From the NCBI GenBank assembly GCA_963693365.1, contig CAVNZM010000001.1, positions 16,487,840-16,551,839 on the forward strand: a stretch of 64,000 bases of DNA, in the 5' to 3' direction. The notes below the pieces were generated by a model. The model made no database searches. It had not been told where the DNA came from and was given only the letters and a program-made list of their open reading frames with translations. Below, piece after piece: positions 63,286 through 64,000 of the stretch (positions within the stretch are counted from its first letter, which is position 1; each line of letters begins with the position of its first letter). This DNA is from Amoebidium appalachense (lineage: Eukaryota > Protista > Ichthyosporea). The translations under genes and the position numbers were made by a program.

Positions 63286-63324
<39 letters not shown>

Positions 63325-63373
63325 TAACCCTTATTGTTCGAAGCATGAAAAGAAATCACGCCCCACCATCTCC

Positions 63374-63407
<34 letters not shown>

Positions 63408-63742
63408 CCCCCCCCTCCCCCCCCCCCCCACCACCACCACCACCACCCCCACCACCACCACCACCACCATCCCCACCCCCCGGCCGCACCCCTCCGCTCT
63501 TCCGCTGTCAACCAACCACTCCACCCACCCCTCCCTCGACCCATCTCTCCCCAGTCACCCACCCTTGCCAGGCCCTTCAACCCTATCTTTCCTTCACACA
63601 CCGTTGAAACATCCCCACCTCCCTTCCTTCATGGTCCCCTATCAGATTTCCTCTCAATACTTCTTGGCCTTGAACAGAAAACAGTGGTTAATCCCAGAAT
63701 TTTTCTGAAGCTTCTCCTTACAACATCCGCCAGGTTCCCCGC

Positions 63743-63778
<36 letters not shown>

Positions 63779-64000
63779 CCCCGCCCCGCCCCGAAAGCTA
63801 TTTGAATATAAAATAGTGTAGATTAGACAGAGGCAGATTATTACTCCCGTTTTTCTTTTGTTGTGCATTAATTATCAAGCCAGAATACATGCCGGAATTG
63901 TGAGGGAGAAGGAACCGCAGAAGTGGGGGAAAAAAAAAAAACGGTGGAACCGGAAACAAGCCGGACATGACACGTTCCGTCACACAGGTGTTATTTAGCT

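Overview
Eukaryotic genomic DNA, probably from a protist (inference only), with introns and intergenic DNA full of poly-C/poly-G, (CA)n and (GA)n tracts. Most of the supplied ORFs are microsatellite artefacts. Supported content: (1) 2285-10183 (-), a six-exon, ~1530-aa DDE-type transposase gene with a DUF6729-like N-terminus and a complete WRN-like 3'-5' exonuclease domain inserted inside the catalytic core. It lies head-to-head with a degenerate MULE-like zinc-finger gene (10725-12519, +). (2) 13.2-26 kb, nested duplications including a six-copy array of a conserved ~52-nt exon-like cassette, a CCAAT-box cluster and a 3x102-bp repeat. (3) A 998-bp PIF/Harbinger-type MITE (25-bp TIR, TTA TSD) and a second ~540-bp foldback element. 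(4) A young full-length chromodomain-bearing Ty3/Gypsy LTR retrotransposon (30209-38587, -, TSD CAGGT) with no canonical tRNA primer-binding site and an unusual gag-pol junction. (5) A ~23-kb multi-exon exportin-5 gene (39883 to at least 63279, -). All family assignments come from motif recognition by eye; no database search was run.
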